In this document: in pieces, positions 43,481-60,012 of the stretch | Layout of the letters: each line of letters starts with the position of its first letter | Position numbering within the stretch: the first letter of the stretch is position 1 | From: the human T2T-CHM13v2.0 reference genome, Homo sapiens | Assembly: GCF_009914755.1 (NCBI RefSeq) | Contig: NC_060927.1 | Length of the DNA stretch: 64,000 nucleotides | Direction: 5' to 3' (one strand) | The notes under the pieces: model-generated | Databases searched by the model: none | What the model was told of the DNA's origin: nothing | The model's input: only the letters and a program-made list of their open reading frames with translations | Position numbers and translations under genes: made by a program

Positions 43481-44103
43481 ACCACAAATATCCTGATTAA
43501 CAAAAAAATCTTTTATCTATATATCAAGAATCAAACTTGAAATGATGAACTATAGGTTGGCTAGTCTTCCTGTGCCTGCAGAAGTCTCATTTTACTCCAC
43601 GCCTACAAGATTCACAATGTATCTTCTATTATGCATTTCAGCTCATCCTCAAGCCTCCAGCCAAACCTGGTCTCCATTTAGTAAGTCTTCACTCCCAAGG
43701 GTAGGATGTGCACCACTGGTAAACCAGATGACTTAAGGTGACTGAGACAGAACATTAAATAGCATGGAATCACATAACTATGGGGAAATTATTTTCAATT
43801 TTTTTCAACTCTTCTGATTCTGCCAAGCAATGCATCTCAGTTTTGTGGTAATATGTCTTTGACACCTTTCTAATAGTGGCTAGTTTCCCCTTTTCAACAC
43901 AGAGACAACAGGTCTCATGCAAAGAACTTTCTCCAGGAAATAGCATCTAGCTAGAAATGAATAACATTTTTTTTCCACTCAATGTATTTTTAGAGTTACC
44001 TTCTATTTGTAGTGATATTGTTTTTTATTTGTGATAATGACATAAAGTTTACTTTTTAAAATCAAAATTCATAAAAAATAACTTGATTTAAAGAAAAATA
44101 ATA

Positions 44104-44742
<639 letters not shown>

Positions 44743-44744
44743 TA

Positions 44745-45048
<304 letters not shown>

Positions 45049-45091
45049 GAATGACAGTATAAGTCATATACAGATAAGAATGGGGAAAGAT

Positions 45092-45520
45092 TGTAGTAAA
45101 TAGTTCTAATTGCTATAACAGATGTATCCCCATCCCAAATCTCAGTAGCTTACATACAGAATTTCTTACTCATGAAAATGCCAATAACGCTACTTGGGTG
45201 TTTCTAGTTTGTGGTAGTTATCCATGTGTTCATTCAGAGATTAAGGATGACAAAGTCTCTGCCATCTTCAACAGAGATCTCAAGATCACTTTGAATAGGT
45301 CTGGCCAGGGAAGAGAGAGAGAGAGAGAGAGAGGAAAAAAAAAGAATAGCAGACAGTGTGGGCAGTTTGATGGGCCAGGCTTAGAAGAGATATATATCCT
45401 TCTGTTCACATATTACTGGATAAAACTGAGTCTATGGCCACACTTCACTGTGAAGCAGGCCAGGAAATGGGTCTGACCTAGGAGAAAAAGTGTTTTGGGT
45501 TTCCATGAGCATAAAGTTTA
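45092..45520 (-). mobile_element. MLT1 (J/K-like) LTR remnant
   Basis: ttgctataacag...ccaaatctcagtagctta...tctgccatcttcaac...tgggccaggcttagaag. Confidence 0.7.
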
Positions 45521-46824
45521 GGTAACTGCCCTAAGATTTGGGGAACTATGCACTAGGTTATGTTTCTTCAAAGCAGAGGAGAAGAAGGAACCATCATTTC
45601 TCAGAAAATTCTCTTTGTTTTATAAGGATGACTTAAGATATTAGCATCTCTCCTTCCTGCCTGCCTTCCAGATCCCATGGTCAGGCCCCTCCCCAAGAAA
45701 TGCAGAGACTGACAGGCAGTCCTCCAAAGTGTTCTATCCATTTCAGTAGACCTCCACCACGGGAATCTGGGGTGCCCACTGCAGCTCCAAGCTGTCACAT
45801 CTCCTGTCCCCCAACTGCCCTTTCTTTCCCAGCAGCTTTGTAATCACAATTTACCAATCCTGCCTCTCACCCTCTCCACAAAGTCTTTGCTTTCTGACAG
45901 TTCAATTAGGTAACTTGAAAAAGTAGCCAGTGTTCATGTTAATTGAAAGCTCTTTCTTCCTTCTCTCCAGGGAAATTAAGAACATTTTACACTGTGGCTG
46001 CCTGGAGGCCACGGTATTGTTTTGAGTGTGTCCTAGCAATGTGTGGCCACCACAGACCAGGGAGGTAGCCCCATCTGGCTGGGGGGCAACTCCACCAACC
46101 CCACTTCTTGAATATCTGGCCTGTTCCTCCGTGGCCACCCCTCACCCAAGAGAGAGTGCCAGCTCTTTAAAAGCAGGACATGCCCCTCCCAGGATCTTTC
46201 TTTGACGCCCACAGATCACAGAGGGCCTAATGCAAGGTCGAGTACTAGGCTTTGGCTCAGGACATGTAACTGAATTCAAATGATTGATTCAGTGTCACTG
46301 AGGTATTAGCAGTCATTTAAGTTCTGTTCTATGTACTCTAAAAACAGTATATTTTTAAACAATGTAGAACAGTATGTGTCAAACCTTTAGTTACTCCCAA
46401 AATGCTATAATTAAAGAGTCAACTCCTCATATTTTGTCAGATCACAGTAGAACTCATGGACTTCCAGCCTTCTCTCAGCCACGACCTGTGCTTGACCCCC
46501 ACTATTTTAAATTCCTGAACTGTTGGCAGAAGTGCCTGGGTAGATATTAATTTCTATAAATATGTTTTGGAGAGAGGCAGCCAAGGCAAATTAACTGGTG
46601 TTTCATGAGTACACCCATAAAATGCTACTCTAGTAAAAAGGGCACCTGATACTAAATCCTGAACCTACCCTTCCCCCCAACACACCCTTTTTAAAAATGG
46701 AACCCCTAGATTCAAAGACAGTTTGGAGTGGAGGTTCCCCAGATAATGTCTGCTTGCTTGTTAGTTACATTGATTTTAAGAACAAATCCATTTAAGCGAT
46801 CTTCACAGCTGACTTGTCCTCTTT

Positions 46825-47000
46825 CCATGGACTGTGGGTTCTGGAGCCAGACTGCCAAGGTTTCAATCCTGATTCACCACCTTCTCATTATGAGATTTGG
46901 AGCAAGTTACCTCACAGGATGTTTAGGACTTGCTTTAAAATTCTTCATTCAAAAAATAAAAGGGGTGGTGGTAGAGTTACTGAAATAAGATGGGCAAAAT
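46825..47000 (+). mobile_element. MIR SINE remnant
   Basis: tctggagccagactgccaaggtttcaatcctg...agcaagttacctc. Confidence 0.75.
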
Positions 47001-48707
47001 ATTGATAATTATTGAAGATAAGTAAGGTACAAGTCAGTTCATTCTATCCACTCTCTTGATTGTTTGAAATTTTCCATAATAAATTCTTAAATGACACTTT
47101 TATCTAGAACACAAGTAATTCCCCAAGGCTTTCCCTCACAAAACAACTTTCTCCTCTATCAGAGATGAATTGTAGAAAATATATTGAGTATTCTATCTTT
47201 ACTTTCAACTATGCAGAACAATTTCTTTTAGATTTCGCTGTTCTCATAAGTTAATAATATAACAGGAAGAACTTAATTTTTTTTCCTTCTACCTTCAGCT
47301 GTTTAAACCTACCAAGAAATCAAATTCCCTGATGTGCAGTTTACCGCAGTCCTTGCCTCTTATGATAAGGCCAGTCAAGATCCTAGGTATCTGGACACAG
47401 CTATAATTTGGTGTCGTTTTCAGTGTTGGCTCTGAGATCTCAGTCTCTCGATAACTCCCCTTTCCAAAAGGGGAAAGACCGGGGGCGGAAGGAAGAGAAG
47501 ACAAGAAGAGAGGGAATGTACTGCATCCTATTTCAAGCACTAACACAACTGTTTTCTCCCCCATTGACTCTTCAAAACACAGATGCCATGCCCATAGAGA
47601 GGGGAGACAAATAAGGCGATATGTTGGGCTCAATATATACTTTCTTTTGCACCCCCACCCCAACTTTCACATGTAAGTAATGCACTGAGAAAAAGAGATG
47701 ACTTCCTGCTGGAGCTCAGACTGTGCCAATAGAAACTGCTGGTTTCCCTCAAGTGATATTAATAAAACTAACTTTATTGGCAACTCCTGTCAGGGCTGCA
47801 CATGATAACGTCAAAATTGTACAGATTGGGGAAAGGCTGTTTAAAAGTTTTCCCCCAAATTATCAGTTTTTAATTATATCCCAACAAAATATTGATGTCT
47901 CTTTTATCACTGATAGGTCATATAAAATTTGGAGACAGTTTTCCTCTATGTCTTTGAGAAAAATTAAACAATATAATTTTATTACTTCTTTCACATATCT
48001 TCATCAGCTAACTTAACATGGATCTGTTAAAGCATTTTAAGTGTAAAAAATGAAATTTGAGTTTTATGTTAAAAATTTAATAATTATATCAAAGTAAAGG
48101 TTAGAAACTATTTAAAACCAGTTAATATCAACATCAGAGAAAGAAAAAGTATATAATGACAGTTCTAATTATTACATTCTCTTGTTTTGCACTTCTAAAG
48201 AGTGGCAATTAAATCTCTACTTTGACTTATGTGGAGAGTAAAATCTGCACCTGCAATACTAACACCATTTCATTTCCTCCAAGAAAGGGATTTAGTTCCT
48301 TACAATATAGATCTGGGGTTGGAATAGTAGATGCAAACTGCTTCTAGAATAGCACAGTGCCTCTGATGATTTAGGATGGTGTTCCAAACACCACTTGGTT
48401 TCCATTCAATATGAACAAGTACAAAATGATCCTTTGAGTCCCCACCAAAATCAGTACAGGCTAAAGTGTGTGTTGGTTTCTATCTAAGTACTGTACATGG
48501 AGCAACTGTAGTTTCTGAGGTCAGGAACACTGTCATTCATGGTCTTAGCCTTAGGTATGCCCCTTCCCCCAAACCTTTTTCTAAGGGCAATTACAGTGAA
48601 AGCAGTTTGTAAAATGTTAAGCATTAACAAATGGAACTTTTTTTGCGAATATTCACTTGTAAAAATACTTAGCCAGACTGATAGTTTGACTTTGGGGAAA
48701 TATATGT

Positions 48708-49117
48708 CTGTGGCAGAAACAAAAATGCTTATTAAATATTCCCTCTGTTCCCTCGCATGTTCCAGCCCCTTGCAGTTATGTCAGATCACGTGATATAGTT
48801 CTGACCAGTAACTTGTGGCCAGAAGTGATTTGTGTCCCTTTTAGGCCAAAGTGTAAAAGAGCTGGCACATGATCTTCTGGCTGTGTCCTTTCTTATCATG
48901 GTGAACTGAGGGGGACATGAGTTGCAGATGTTGTGGCTATAGGATAGTGAAACTGCTGCCATGGGCCTGGGTCCCTGAATGACTGTGTGGAATACAACAC
49001 TACTACCAACTCTTGCTGGATATGTACAATAAACAAAATACAAACCTTTGTGTGTAAAGCCACCAGAAATTGGATTATCTGTTCCTGCAGCACATCTATC
49101 CTATCCTGAAAAAAATA
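48708..49117 (+). mobile_element. MLT1I-like solo LTR
   Basis: tgtggcaga...ccagccccttgcagtt...gcctgggtccctgaatgactgtgtgga...aaacctttgtgtgtaaagccac. Confidence 0.8.
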
Positions 49118-49118
49118 A

Positions 49119-49829
49119 TGTGTAAGGTCTAAAAGCCTTAATTTTTCACCTAACCAGCTTCACAAAACTCTGGATGCTTCATTTCTGCAAACTTCTTCCC
49201 ATGCTGATAGATGAGAAGGGCAATATGCAAGGAATGGCTCCATCATGGCACCATGGTGACCTTGCACATCCCCTTATAGGCCATAGAGGCAAAGCTTAGC
49301 CACAGTCTGACCGAAGTCTTGGTGGGATGCCCTGAAATTCCTCCTGAAATGAAGGAAGACAAGCAGCCTTGTGGGGAGCTCCTGTGAGGCGGTTTCTCAT
49401 CTACCTCCAGATTTTGTGGGAGACTGCACAAGACCTTTCCCATCCATCTTCCTTGTTTTGGTTGTGTACAGGACTTTGCATCTTGCAAACCCCCTTCCCC
49501 TTAGGGCACAGCCGCAGGCTTCTGTGCCAATAAAACTACTTGGCTGTAATTTAGAGGTGGCTCCTCTAGGGCAAAGTGACCCACCTGTCATGCCACCTGT
49601 CTTCTGGCCTCTCCAGTTTGGTGTCATCCTGTGTGTGGGACTAGGGAGGCAAGGAGCTGATGGCATACTGATCTTGATTTTGCTGTCTGTGTAAGTAACA
49701 AAGCTCTGAATTCATTTGGGCTTGTTGTTGCCTTGCCAGACGGATCTATGGAAGTGTGGAGAGCCAACATGGTAGCTGCCCTATCAGTGACCACACTGCA
49801 GCTTGGGCATTGCTTAACTACTTGATACA
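49119..49829 (+). mobile_element. ERVL LTR (MER54/MER73/MER74/MER88 group)
   Basis: ctgatcttgattttgctgtctgtgtaagtaacaaag...tctatggaagtgtgg...gtagctgcc; boundaries uncertain. Confidence 0.6.
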
Positions 49830-51227
49830 ATGAAAGGTGACTTTTATGATAACTATTTGTTGCTCAGCCTCAGCTTAGATGGTTTTCTGATGGGATATCT
49901 TTCTTTTGCCTGAAAGAACAAAATGGGGCCAACCAGGACTATAGCTTTCTGATTTGAAGTTGGAGAAAAAAACAAGTCAGATAGGTTTCCCACTGCTTCA
50001 GCTTCCTCCATATTTTAATAAAGCTAGCATCAAGTTTACAAACTGAGTTGTTAGGAGGCTCCAACAATCCAGGCCCTATTGAAGATATTTGGTAGCACCT
50101 CTTCTTGACAGAGTCTTAAGTGTGCTGAGTGGTAGCCACAGGCTTTGGAAGAACCCATGAGAGAAAGTCAACACCTAACGTACAAGGAGACAATTTATGG
50201 CATTTCATACTTCTGCTATTCCAGGGAACCAGAAACACCTATCACAGGGATGAATGATATCTTTCAAATTAAATAACCAACAGGAATGCTAACACTAAAT
50301 TTCCTGAATATTAATAAACACGAATGGTACACAAATGCATTTACAAACTACTAAACATCAGGAATTGTGTGAGAAAGAAGTCTCACAAAGATAAATGGAG
50401 TTCCATCTTTAGATGCAAACTCAAAGTTCTCTAAGACGGGTAATGTTTCTGACTTGGGAGTGAGGTCCAGAAAAATACACGCTGGGTGATGAGTCTTTAG
50501 ATATGAGCACATTTATAAGTAACTTTATGGCTGGCAAACCTATGTACCTATGAAAATGGTGCAACCACAGCAGCATTCTCTGTTGGCACTCACACAGCAC
50601 GGTCATGCCCTATGGGGCCAGGAAGAACAGGAGTATGGTTTTGCTTCTTGCAAGTTTACAGATATCCTACTGAGAGTGAGAATCATCATGACATATCTTG
50701 AAGGTTGTAAGGAAGAAATTTTCTCAGAAAGAGAAAGGGAAAAATGTATGCATCTGACATTATTTCTGGAAAGGAGAACATCCTTTCCTTATAAGACCTA
50801 CAAATATGCTGTTTTAAAGATGATTCTGGGCAGAGAATTGTGAGTGAAAAAAAAATCTGTGCTTTCAATATAAATGATGGTGACAGAAGAAATGCTGCAT
50901 GCTGATAAAACTCACAGTGCATATTGATGAAATATTCAAATATCCATCATATTCCGAGGGAAATATCCTAATGTTCTAAGCAGATACTGTTAGACCTCAT
51001 TAAAAAGAAATCGTCAAGTACTGTTCTTTTTATGATTTTCTCAACCACAATGTTTTTCTAGACCTTCCTTTGTGCCAGGCATGATGTTAGGCAGAAAGGG
51101 CACAAAGATGAATAGGACACATGTCTGTTCAATTGGTTCCTTGATGCGGTTTCTGCCTTGAAGCTCCGTTTCCACTCTTTCCTGGTTCCTGCAGTAACAA
51201 TTAGTGTTCAATTAAAAGGCTCTGGTC

Positions 51228-52410
<1,183 letters not shown>

Positions 52411-54581
52411 GGGTGGAGGGGAGTGGGGGTGAAAAACAGCAGCTGACTGAGCTTGGGTTACAGTTGTGGGTCATGGAAAATGGCAATGCTAAGGGGCCAC
52501 TTGGATGAAGCCTGTGTTCTTGGCCTCACAAGCCTGTCTCTGATAGGGGTCAGGCCTCATCTTAATGACAGGACAGTCCAGGAGGTGCATTCCTAGTTTG
52601 GAATGGATCAAGACACTTCAACTGCCACACTCAAAGAGATTTGTCTGTTTAGTGTATCTATAGACTTAGAATAAATATGCTTCAGAAAGTGGATAACTTC
52701 TCACTTGTTATATAGACCAAAGTAAAATAGCACAAAATCTACAACTCAAATACTATGAAGTGCTCAGTAATCAACTTCAGGGGCAATGTCAGTGCATCTT
52801 TGGGTCAATGTGGGTAAGTGTACCTGTATCCTTGCATTGGTCCATAACCAAACCTTGGCTCCAATGGGAACCCGAACATTAGACTTTAAAATTTTCTTTT
52901 GAATTATGAATTCTTTGCTGAATAGTCCAGAGCATAGGCCTTAAATTCTGGCAGAAGTCCTATGAATGAATTCATTATATGTTTTAAAGGAAAGTCATTA
53001 ATTCTTTGTAAATAATGTTTTAGTATCTAAAGAGAAAAATCAGAAGGTGTTAAATGTTTATAAAAGAATGAGAACTCAAGGTCTAACCTTCTACCCTCTC
53101 TCATTGCCCTTTTATAAAGCCCTTTGCACCTGCAGGAAATATAGAGCTATTTCCATTTGAGGGTCTCCATCTTCTCCACCATCTGCTCCACATCCAGCCC
53201 AAGTCTCTCTTGCTCAAATCATCTGGTTTCCTTATCATAAACAGTCTTTCCAGTTGTGTCTACGCAATGCAAAATCAGATTCAGATTATAATGTGCTTAT
53301 TTTTTCTTTATAGGTTGTCAGTAATTACTTTATATAATAACAAAATTGCTTATAACAAAGCCAGTGAAGCTAACACCAACTTACCCAACATTTATAAAGT
53401 CAAGCAAAATAAAGTTTTTATCACACACGTAAAAAATAATATTCCTCCTAAACTTAAACAGAATCAAAACAACTCTTCACTTACCTTTTATTGTTCAATT
53501 ATAGTGTAAAGTAAATAGACAGTTACTACTAGGAAAAAAAAATTTAAGTTGGAGACAGTCAGCCCTGCCTCTTTCTATGCTTCAGAGAATCTGAATATTC
53601 ATTTCCATCCTTCCCCAAATTCCAGACTCTAAATGGCCTAATATATGACATTAGCATGATTTCAATTAATAATCTATGATATCTTCATGTCATAAATTTT
53701 ATTTGAAATTTTGAAACACATATTTCAGGTATCAAAGTATCTGACACTGGTGTAGAACTGATTAACATAAGTAAAAAACATCTTTTGACAGCCCATCACA
53801 CATCCTTGTTTCACTAAATACAGAAAATTATTATATATGTAAACATATGCATATAGAATATGTAACACTTCAACACATTCCAATTATATTACTAAATGCT
53901 TGCCCTTCCATCAAGAATTTGGGGCATTTTATGGCATGGCCTTCACATAAAAACCTTAGAACTGAGCATCCCAAGGCTCAACTCAGACTTTTTTCCTTTG
54001 CATCTCCAATCTGTCAAACATGTATATTTCACTATTCTTCTAGGATCAACTCTTCAAAAGCTACTAGGTATGAGTAAACACTCTATACATAGCCCCCTGA
54101 CTCCACCTGTTTTCTGGTGGTGTTAAGAAAAATATCATTGCTAGCCTATGGTCCTATCCTCAGAGGAAGGCAACACCAGGACCTATATTATGACTGTGAG
54201 TCAGGTGAGATAGTCCGAGGCAAGGAACCTTTATAGAGTGTAGACTGGATATGTGCAGAGGCGCTGAAGAACAAGACAGCCAACATGGATTCACTTCCAC
54301 TGAAGAAGGCCCGGGGGAGGAAGGGTGACCTGAGTTGAACCATGAGAGGAGGTGGGGGTGGGAGGAATATGTGAAGGAACAGAGGTGAGAGGAATTATGT
54401 AAAAAGAGAGACCAGAAGAGTACATATGGATGTCTGCAGGGAAACAAGGTGGCCACAGTCAGATGAGAGTTGACAAGTGGCAGAAAAATGCCTGCTGCTA
54501 GGTCAGCAGGTGCCAAGAATGTGAAAGCCCCACAAGGAAAGCAGAGGAGGAGCCATGGTGATGGGGGAAAATGGGGCCATT

Positions 54582-55331
54582 CCATCAGAGAAATGCAAAT
54601 CAAAACCACAATGAGATACCATCTCACACCAGTTAGAATGGCGATCATTAAAAAGTCAGGAAACAACAGGTCCTGGAGAGGATGTGGAGAAATAGGAACA
54701 CTTTTACACTGTTGGTGGGACTGTAAACTAGTTCAACCATTGTGGAAGTCAGTGTGGCGATTCCTCAGGGATCTAGAACTAGAAATACCATTTGACCCAG
54801 CCACCCCATTACTGGGTATATACCCAAAGGATTATAAATCATGCTGCTTTAAAGACACATGCATACGTATGTTTATTGCGGCACTATTCACAATAGCAAA
54901 GACTTGGAACCAACCCAAATGTCCAACCATGATAGACTGGATTAAGAAAATGTGGCACATATACACCATGGAATACTATGCAGCCATAAAAAATGATGAG
55001 TTCATGTCCTTTGTAGGGACATGGATGAAGCTGGAAACCATCATTCTCAGCAAACTATCACAAGGACAAAAAACCAAACACCACATGTTCTCACTCAGGT
55101 GGGAATTGAACAATGAGAACACATGGACACAGGAAGGGGAACATCACACACCGGGGACCGTTGTGGGGTGGGGGGAGTGGGGAAGGATAGCATTGGGAGA
55201 TATACCTAATGCTAAACGACAAGTTAATGGGTGCAGCACACCAACATGGCACATGGATACATATGTAACAAACCTGCACGTTGTGTACATGTACCCTAAA
55301 ACTTAAAGTATAATTAAAAAAAAAAAAAAAA
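54582..55331 (+). mobile_element. 5'-truncated L1PA3/PA4-like element with a 3' transduction
   Basis: ORF2 C-terminus ([24 protein letters not shown]...), 3' UTR and poly-A; TSD gaaaatggggcca at 54567-54579 and 55380-55392. Confidence 0.95.
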
Positions 55332-55627
55332 GAAATTGAAAATCTCTGCCACAGGGAAAAAAAAAAAGGAAAAAGTAAAGAAAATGGGGCCACAGACAAG
55401 CTTTAAGTGAGAAGGGTGCCTGAAAACAGTGCTAATAAACACTAGATTAACAGCACTAGTCACTTAGAGAGCTAAAGCATAACCTGACTTTAATGCGGCC
55501 AGTACATAGCACATATTATTTGTTTCTTTCATTTTCTTCAACCAGACCACTGAGGAAAAGGCTACAATGAGTGCAGGAACATTTGAGGACCTGAAACACT
55601 CTTTTCCCATTAAAGAAAATATTTCAT

Positions 55628-56696
55628 CTGGGCCAAAAGCAATTGCAACAAAAGCAAAACTTGACAAATGGGACCTAATTAAATTAAAGAGCTTCTGCAT
55701 AGCAAAAGAAACTATCAGCAGAGTGAACAGAAAACCTACAGGATGGGAGAAAATATTTCTGAACTATACATCTAACGAAGTCTAATATCCAGAATCCACA
55801 AGGAACTTAAACAAATGTACAAGCAAAACACAAACAATCCCATTAAAAAGTGGGCAAAGGACATGAAAAGACACTTTTCAAAAGAAGATATACATGTGGC
55901 CAGCAAATATATGAAAAAACGCTCAATATCACTAACAATTAGAGAAATGCAAATCAAAACTACAATGAGATACAATCACACACCAGTCAGAATGGCTACT
56001 GTTAAAAAGTAAAAAATTAACAGATGCTGGTGAGGTTGCATGGAAAAGGCAACGCTTATACACTGCTGGTGTGAATGTAAATTAGTTCAGCCATTGTGGA
56101 AAGCAATGTGGAGATTACTCGAAGAACCTAAAACAGAACTACCATTTCGACCCAGCAATCCCACTACTGGGTATATATCCAAATGAATATAAATTATTCT
56201 ACCATAAAGACACATGCATGCATATGTTCACTGCAGCAGTATTCACAATAGCAAAGACATGAAATCACTAATTGCCCATCAATGACAGAGTGGATAAATA
56301 AAATGTAGTACATATATACCATGGAATACTATGAAGCCATAAAAAAGAACTAGATCATGTCCTTGGCAGGAACGTGGATGGAACCGGAGGCCATTTCCTT
56401 AGGAAACTAACACAGGAACAGGAAACAAAATACCACATGTTCTCACTTATAAGTGGGAGCTAAATAATGAGAACACATAGATGGAAAGAGGGGAACAACA
56501 CACATTAGGGCCTACTTGAGGGAGGAGGTTAGGAGGAGGGAGAAGTTCAGAAAAAAAATCTGTCAGGTACTATGCTCAGTTACTCAAGTCATTAAACAAT
56601 CTGTACACAAACCCCCAAACCATGAGTTTACCTATGTAACAAACCTGCACGTGTACCCCTGAAGCTAAAGTAAAAGTTAAAATTTAAATTAAAGAA
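55628..56696 (+). mobile_element. 5'-truncated L1PA13-15-like element, TSD aaagaaaatatttcat
   Basis: Degenerate ORF2 ([21 protein letters not shown]) and 3' UTR; perfect 16-bp TSD at 55612-55627 and 56697-56712. Confidence 0.92.
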
Positions 56697-58041
56697 AAAG
56701 AAAATATTTCATATGGATATTCATTCGGGACTCTTTCACCAACTTTGCATCACAGATCTGAAAGTGGGGAGTACAAAATTACATTTTATAAAGTAGGAAG
56801 GCAGGTTATAGATGCCAGCTGCGCTTCTCAGGGCATGCAAAATGACTTTTACCAAATTTAAAGAAGAAAAACTAAGCAAATGAAATTTTTTAATCTTTCC
56901 ATTTCAGTGACCAATGGTGAGACTCTTAAACGTTTGGATTCCTTTTGAACAACAACAACAAAATTATATTTGGATTCCAAGTGCCTCATTCAAATGGGCT
57001 TTCATGAAAAAGCAAAATGACAGGGCCTAAATGTAAATACCACTAAAGCCCCAGGAAGCTGAAAAGAAAAACAACCAGTAGGGAAAACGTGTTCTCTGTG
57101 GTCAGAAGCAGCAATGATTCCCAGCGATTCCATGCTCGGCTTTTCTTAAAATAACAAACCATCTAAAGAGAGAAGGCAAGTGTGTTCTGCTGCCGTGTGA
57201 TGGGAAAAACCTCAGCCAGCAGCGATGGGAACTGACTAGTCAGACTTGGCAGACACAAGCCCCGGGAACAAAGTCAACAGCATGCTTCATGTTTTAGGGA
57301 GGCTTGTCTACTGTGCATCTTCAGAAAAAAGATTTAGACCGAGAAATTCATGGCCACGGCCAGAGGTTGATAGTAAAAAGGTAGCTAGTCTAAAAACACT
57401 CAGCCCTAATACCAAATCGTCCTTCACATACGTTTCCAAAACCTATTTTCTATTTATTTCTTTTCTATTAAATTTTATGGGTGGTGGTGAGGTGAGAGAG
57501 TAGTAAAAACAGGCTGGTGGTGGCAAAAATTGCCATTCTGTGCTACCACTCTGGGCAGAATCTCAAAAGCTGAAAGTCATGCCAGGCTCAGGATCATCAA
57601 ATAGAAACCCTGCATCCAGCCTCATCCATGTCAACCAGGACTTCAAGGGAAGGCCTCTTCTTACATATTTCCATGTTTAGAAACTGCACACACATTCCAT
57701 GTTCACTTACTCTAAGGGGTCAAGAAGTTCCTTGTGATATATGATTAATATGCATTCTCTTCATTCATTTGACTCAGAAGTCTAACCTAATCTGTGCAAA
57801 ATAGTTACTGAAAGATTAGAAACTATTGAATTTCGTTCTTTGTTGTTTTGAGTTTTCTTACTTTTTTACCACTAGTAGTACCAATTCCAGACCACAAGTG
57901 ATTTGTGAAATTCAGCCTTCATTTTCAAAACTGCGTATAAGCCTATTTATCCTGGAAAAAGAACTGACAGTTGACTAAATGAAAGAATCAGCACAATCAT
58001 CCCAAATCTTGAGTATAAACATCTCCTGTCAATGGTCTGGG

Positions 58042-60012
58042 ATGGTTCTCAAAGTGGTTTGGGGACCTCTGAGGATCTCTGAGACCCTTTCAGGGGTCCA
58101 TGAGGTCAAGACATCTTTATAATAATACTATAATGTTATAAGACTTTTTCATTCTCATTCTTCACAATTGTACAGTGAAATTTTCCAGAGGCTATGTGCC
58201 ACGAGATGACGTTATCACTCTGCAGCTAATGAAATGTTTATATATTCTTGTACTTGAAAAATCTATCACTGGAAGAATCGATATTGTTAAATTGGCCATC
58301 CTATCCCAAGCAATTTACAGATTAAATGCTATTTCTATTGAACTACCAATGACATTATTCACAGAATTAGAAAAAACTATTATAAAATTCATATGGAACC
58401 AAAAAAGAGCCTGAGTAGTGAAAACAATCCTAGGAAAAAGAAGCAAGCAAGAAGCATCACATTACCAGACTTCAAACTATACTACAGTGCTATAGTAACC
58501 AAAACAGCATGGTACTAGTACAAAAACAGACATATAGATGAATGAAACAGAACAGAGAACCCAGAAATAAAGACACACGCCTACAACCACCTGATCTTTG
58601 ACGAAGCTGACAAAAACAAGCAATGGGGAAAGGATTCCCTATACAATAAATGGTGCTGAGATAACTGGTTAGCCATCCTGCACCCCTTCCTTACACCACA
58701 CACAAAAATCAACTCAAAAATGCATCAAAAATTTCAATGTAAAACTTAAAACTATAAAAATCCTTGAAGAAAACCCAGGAAATACCATTCTAGACATAGG
58801 CCCTGGCAAAGATTTTATGACAAAGATGCCAAAAGCAATTCAAACAAAACCAAAAATTAACAAATAGGACCTAATTAAATCAAAGAGCTTCTGCACAGCA
58901 GAAGAAACTTTCAAGAAAGCAAACAACTTATGGAATGGGACAAAATATTTGCAAACTATGCATCTCACAAAGGCCTAATATCCAGACTCCATAGGGAGCT
59001 TAATTGAACAAGCAAAAAACAAACACCACCACTTAAAAGTGGGCAAAGGACATGAACACTTTTCAAAAGAAGACATACATGCATCCAACAAGCATATGAA
59101 AAAATGCTCAACATCACTAATCATTAGAGAAATGCAAACCAAAACCACAATGAAATACCATCTCACACCAGTTAGAATGGTTATTAAAAAGTCAAAAAAC
59201 AACAGATGCTGACAAGGCTGTAAAGAAAAGGGAATGCTTATACACTGCTGGTGGAAATGTAAATTCATTTTGCCACTATGGAAAGCAGTTCGGTGATTTC
59301 TCAAAGCACTTAAAAACAGAACTACCATTTTGAACCAGCAATCCCATTACAGCATATATACCCAAAGGAATATAAATCATTCTACCATAAAGACACATGC
59401 ACATGTTATGATCACTGTAGCACTATTCACAGTAACAGAAACATGGAATCAACCTAAATGCCCATCATTGGTAGACTGGAAAAAAAAAATGTGGTACATA
59501 TACACCATGGAATACTATGCATCCATGAGAAAGAATGAGACCATGTCTTTTGCAGCAACATGGATGGAGCTGGAGGTCATCATCCCAAGTAAAATAACAC
59601 AGGAAAAGACAGCCAAATACTGTATATTCTCACTTAATAAGTGAGAGCTAAACATTGAGTACACCTGGACACAAAGAAGGGAACAACAGACAACAGGGCC
59701 TACTGGAAAGTGGAGGATGGGAGGAGGGTGAGGATCAAACAACTATCTATCATGTACTATGCTTACCATCTGGGTGAACAAATAATATGTACACCAAACC
59801 CCTGAAGCATGCAATTTATCTGTAGAACAAACTTGCACGTGCACCCCTGAACCAAAATCAAAGTTTAAAAAAATGCTTCATTATATTTAATAAACTCCCA
59901 ATTACTGATCTTACAATAAACATTGGTAGATATAACTAACATAAACAAAAGCTTCTTGAAGTCCTCAGTAACTTTTAAGAATGTAAAGGGTTTCTGAGAC
60001 TAATAGTTTGTA
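58042..60012. mobile_element. hAT-Charlie element (Charlie4a/MER80-like) split by an L1
   Basis: tggttctcaaagtg...gagaccctttcaggggtccatgaggtcaa before the L1; tagatataactaacataaacaaaagct...gtaaagggtttctgagac after it. Confidence 0.7.
58269..59872 (+). mobile_element. 5'-truncated L1PA15/16-like element
   Basis: Degenerate ORF2 ([35 protein letters not shown]) through a 3' UTR ending acccctgaaccaaaatcaaagttt. Confidence 0.92.

Noticed and set aside
54470-55306. Longest ORF (278 aa) as a novel gene
   Set aside because: It is the L1 ORF2 C-terminus, fused by chance to upstream flank from a TTG start. A small deletion (ctcactcaggtggg instead of ctcactcataggtggg) extends it into the 3' UTR. It has no endonuclease or RT domain.
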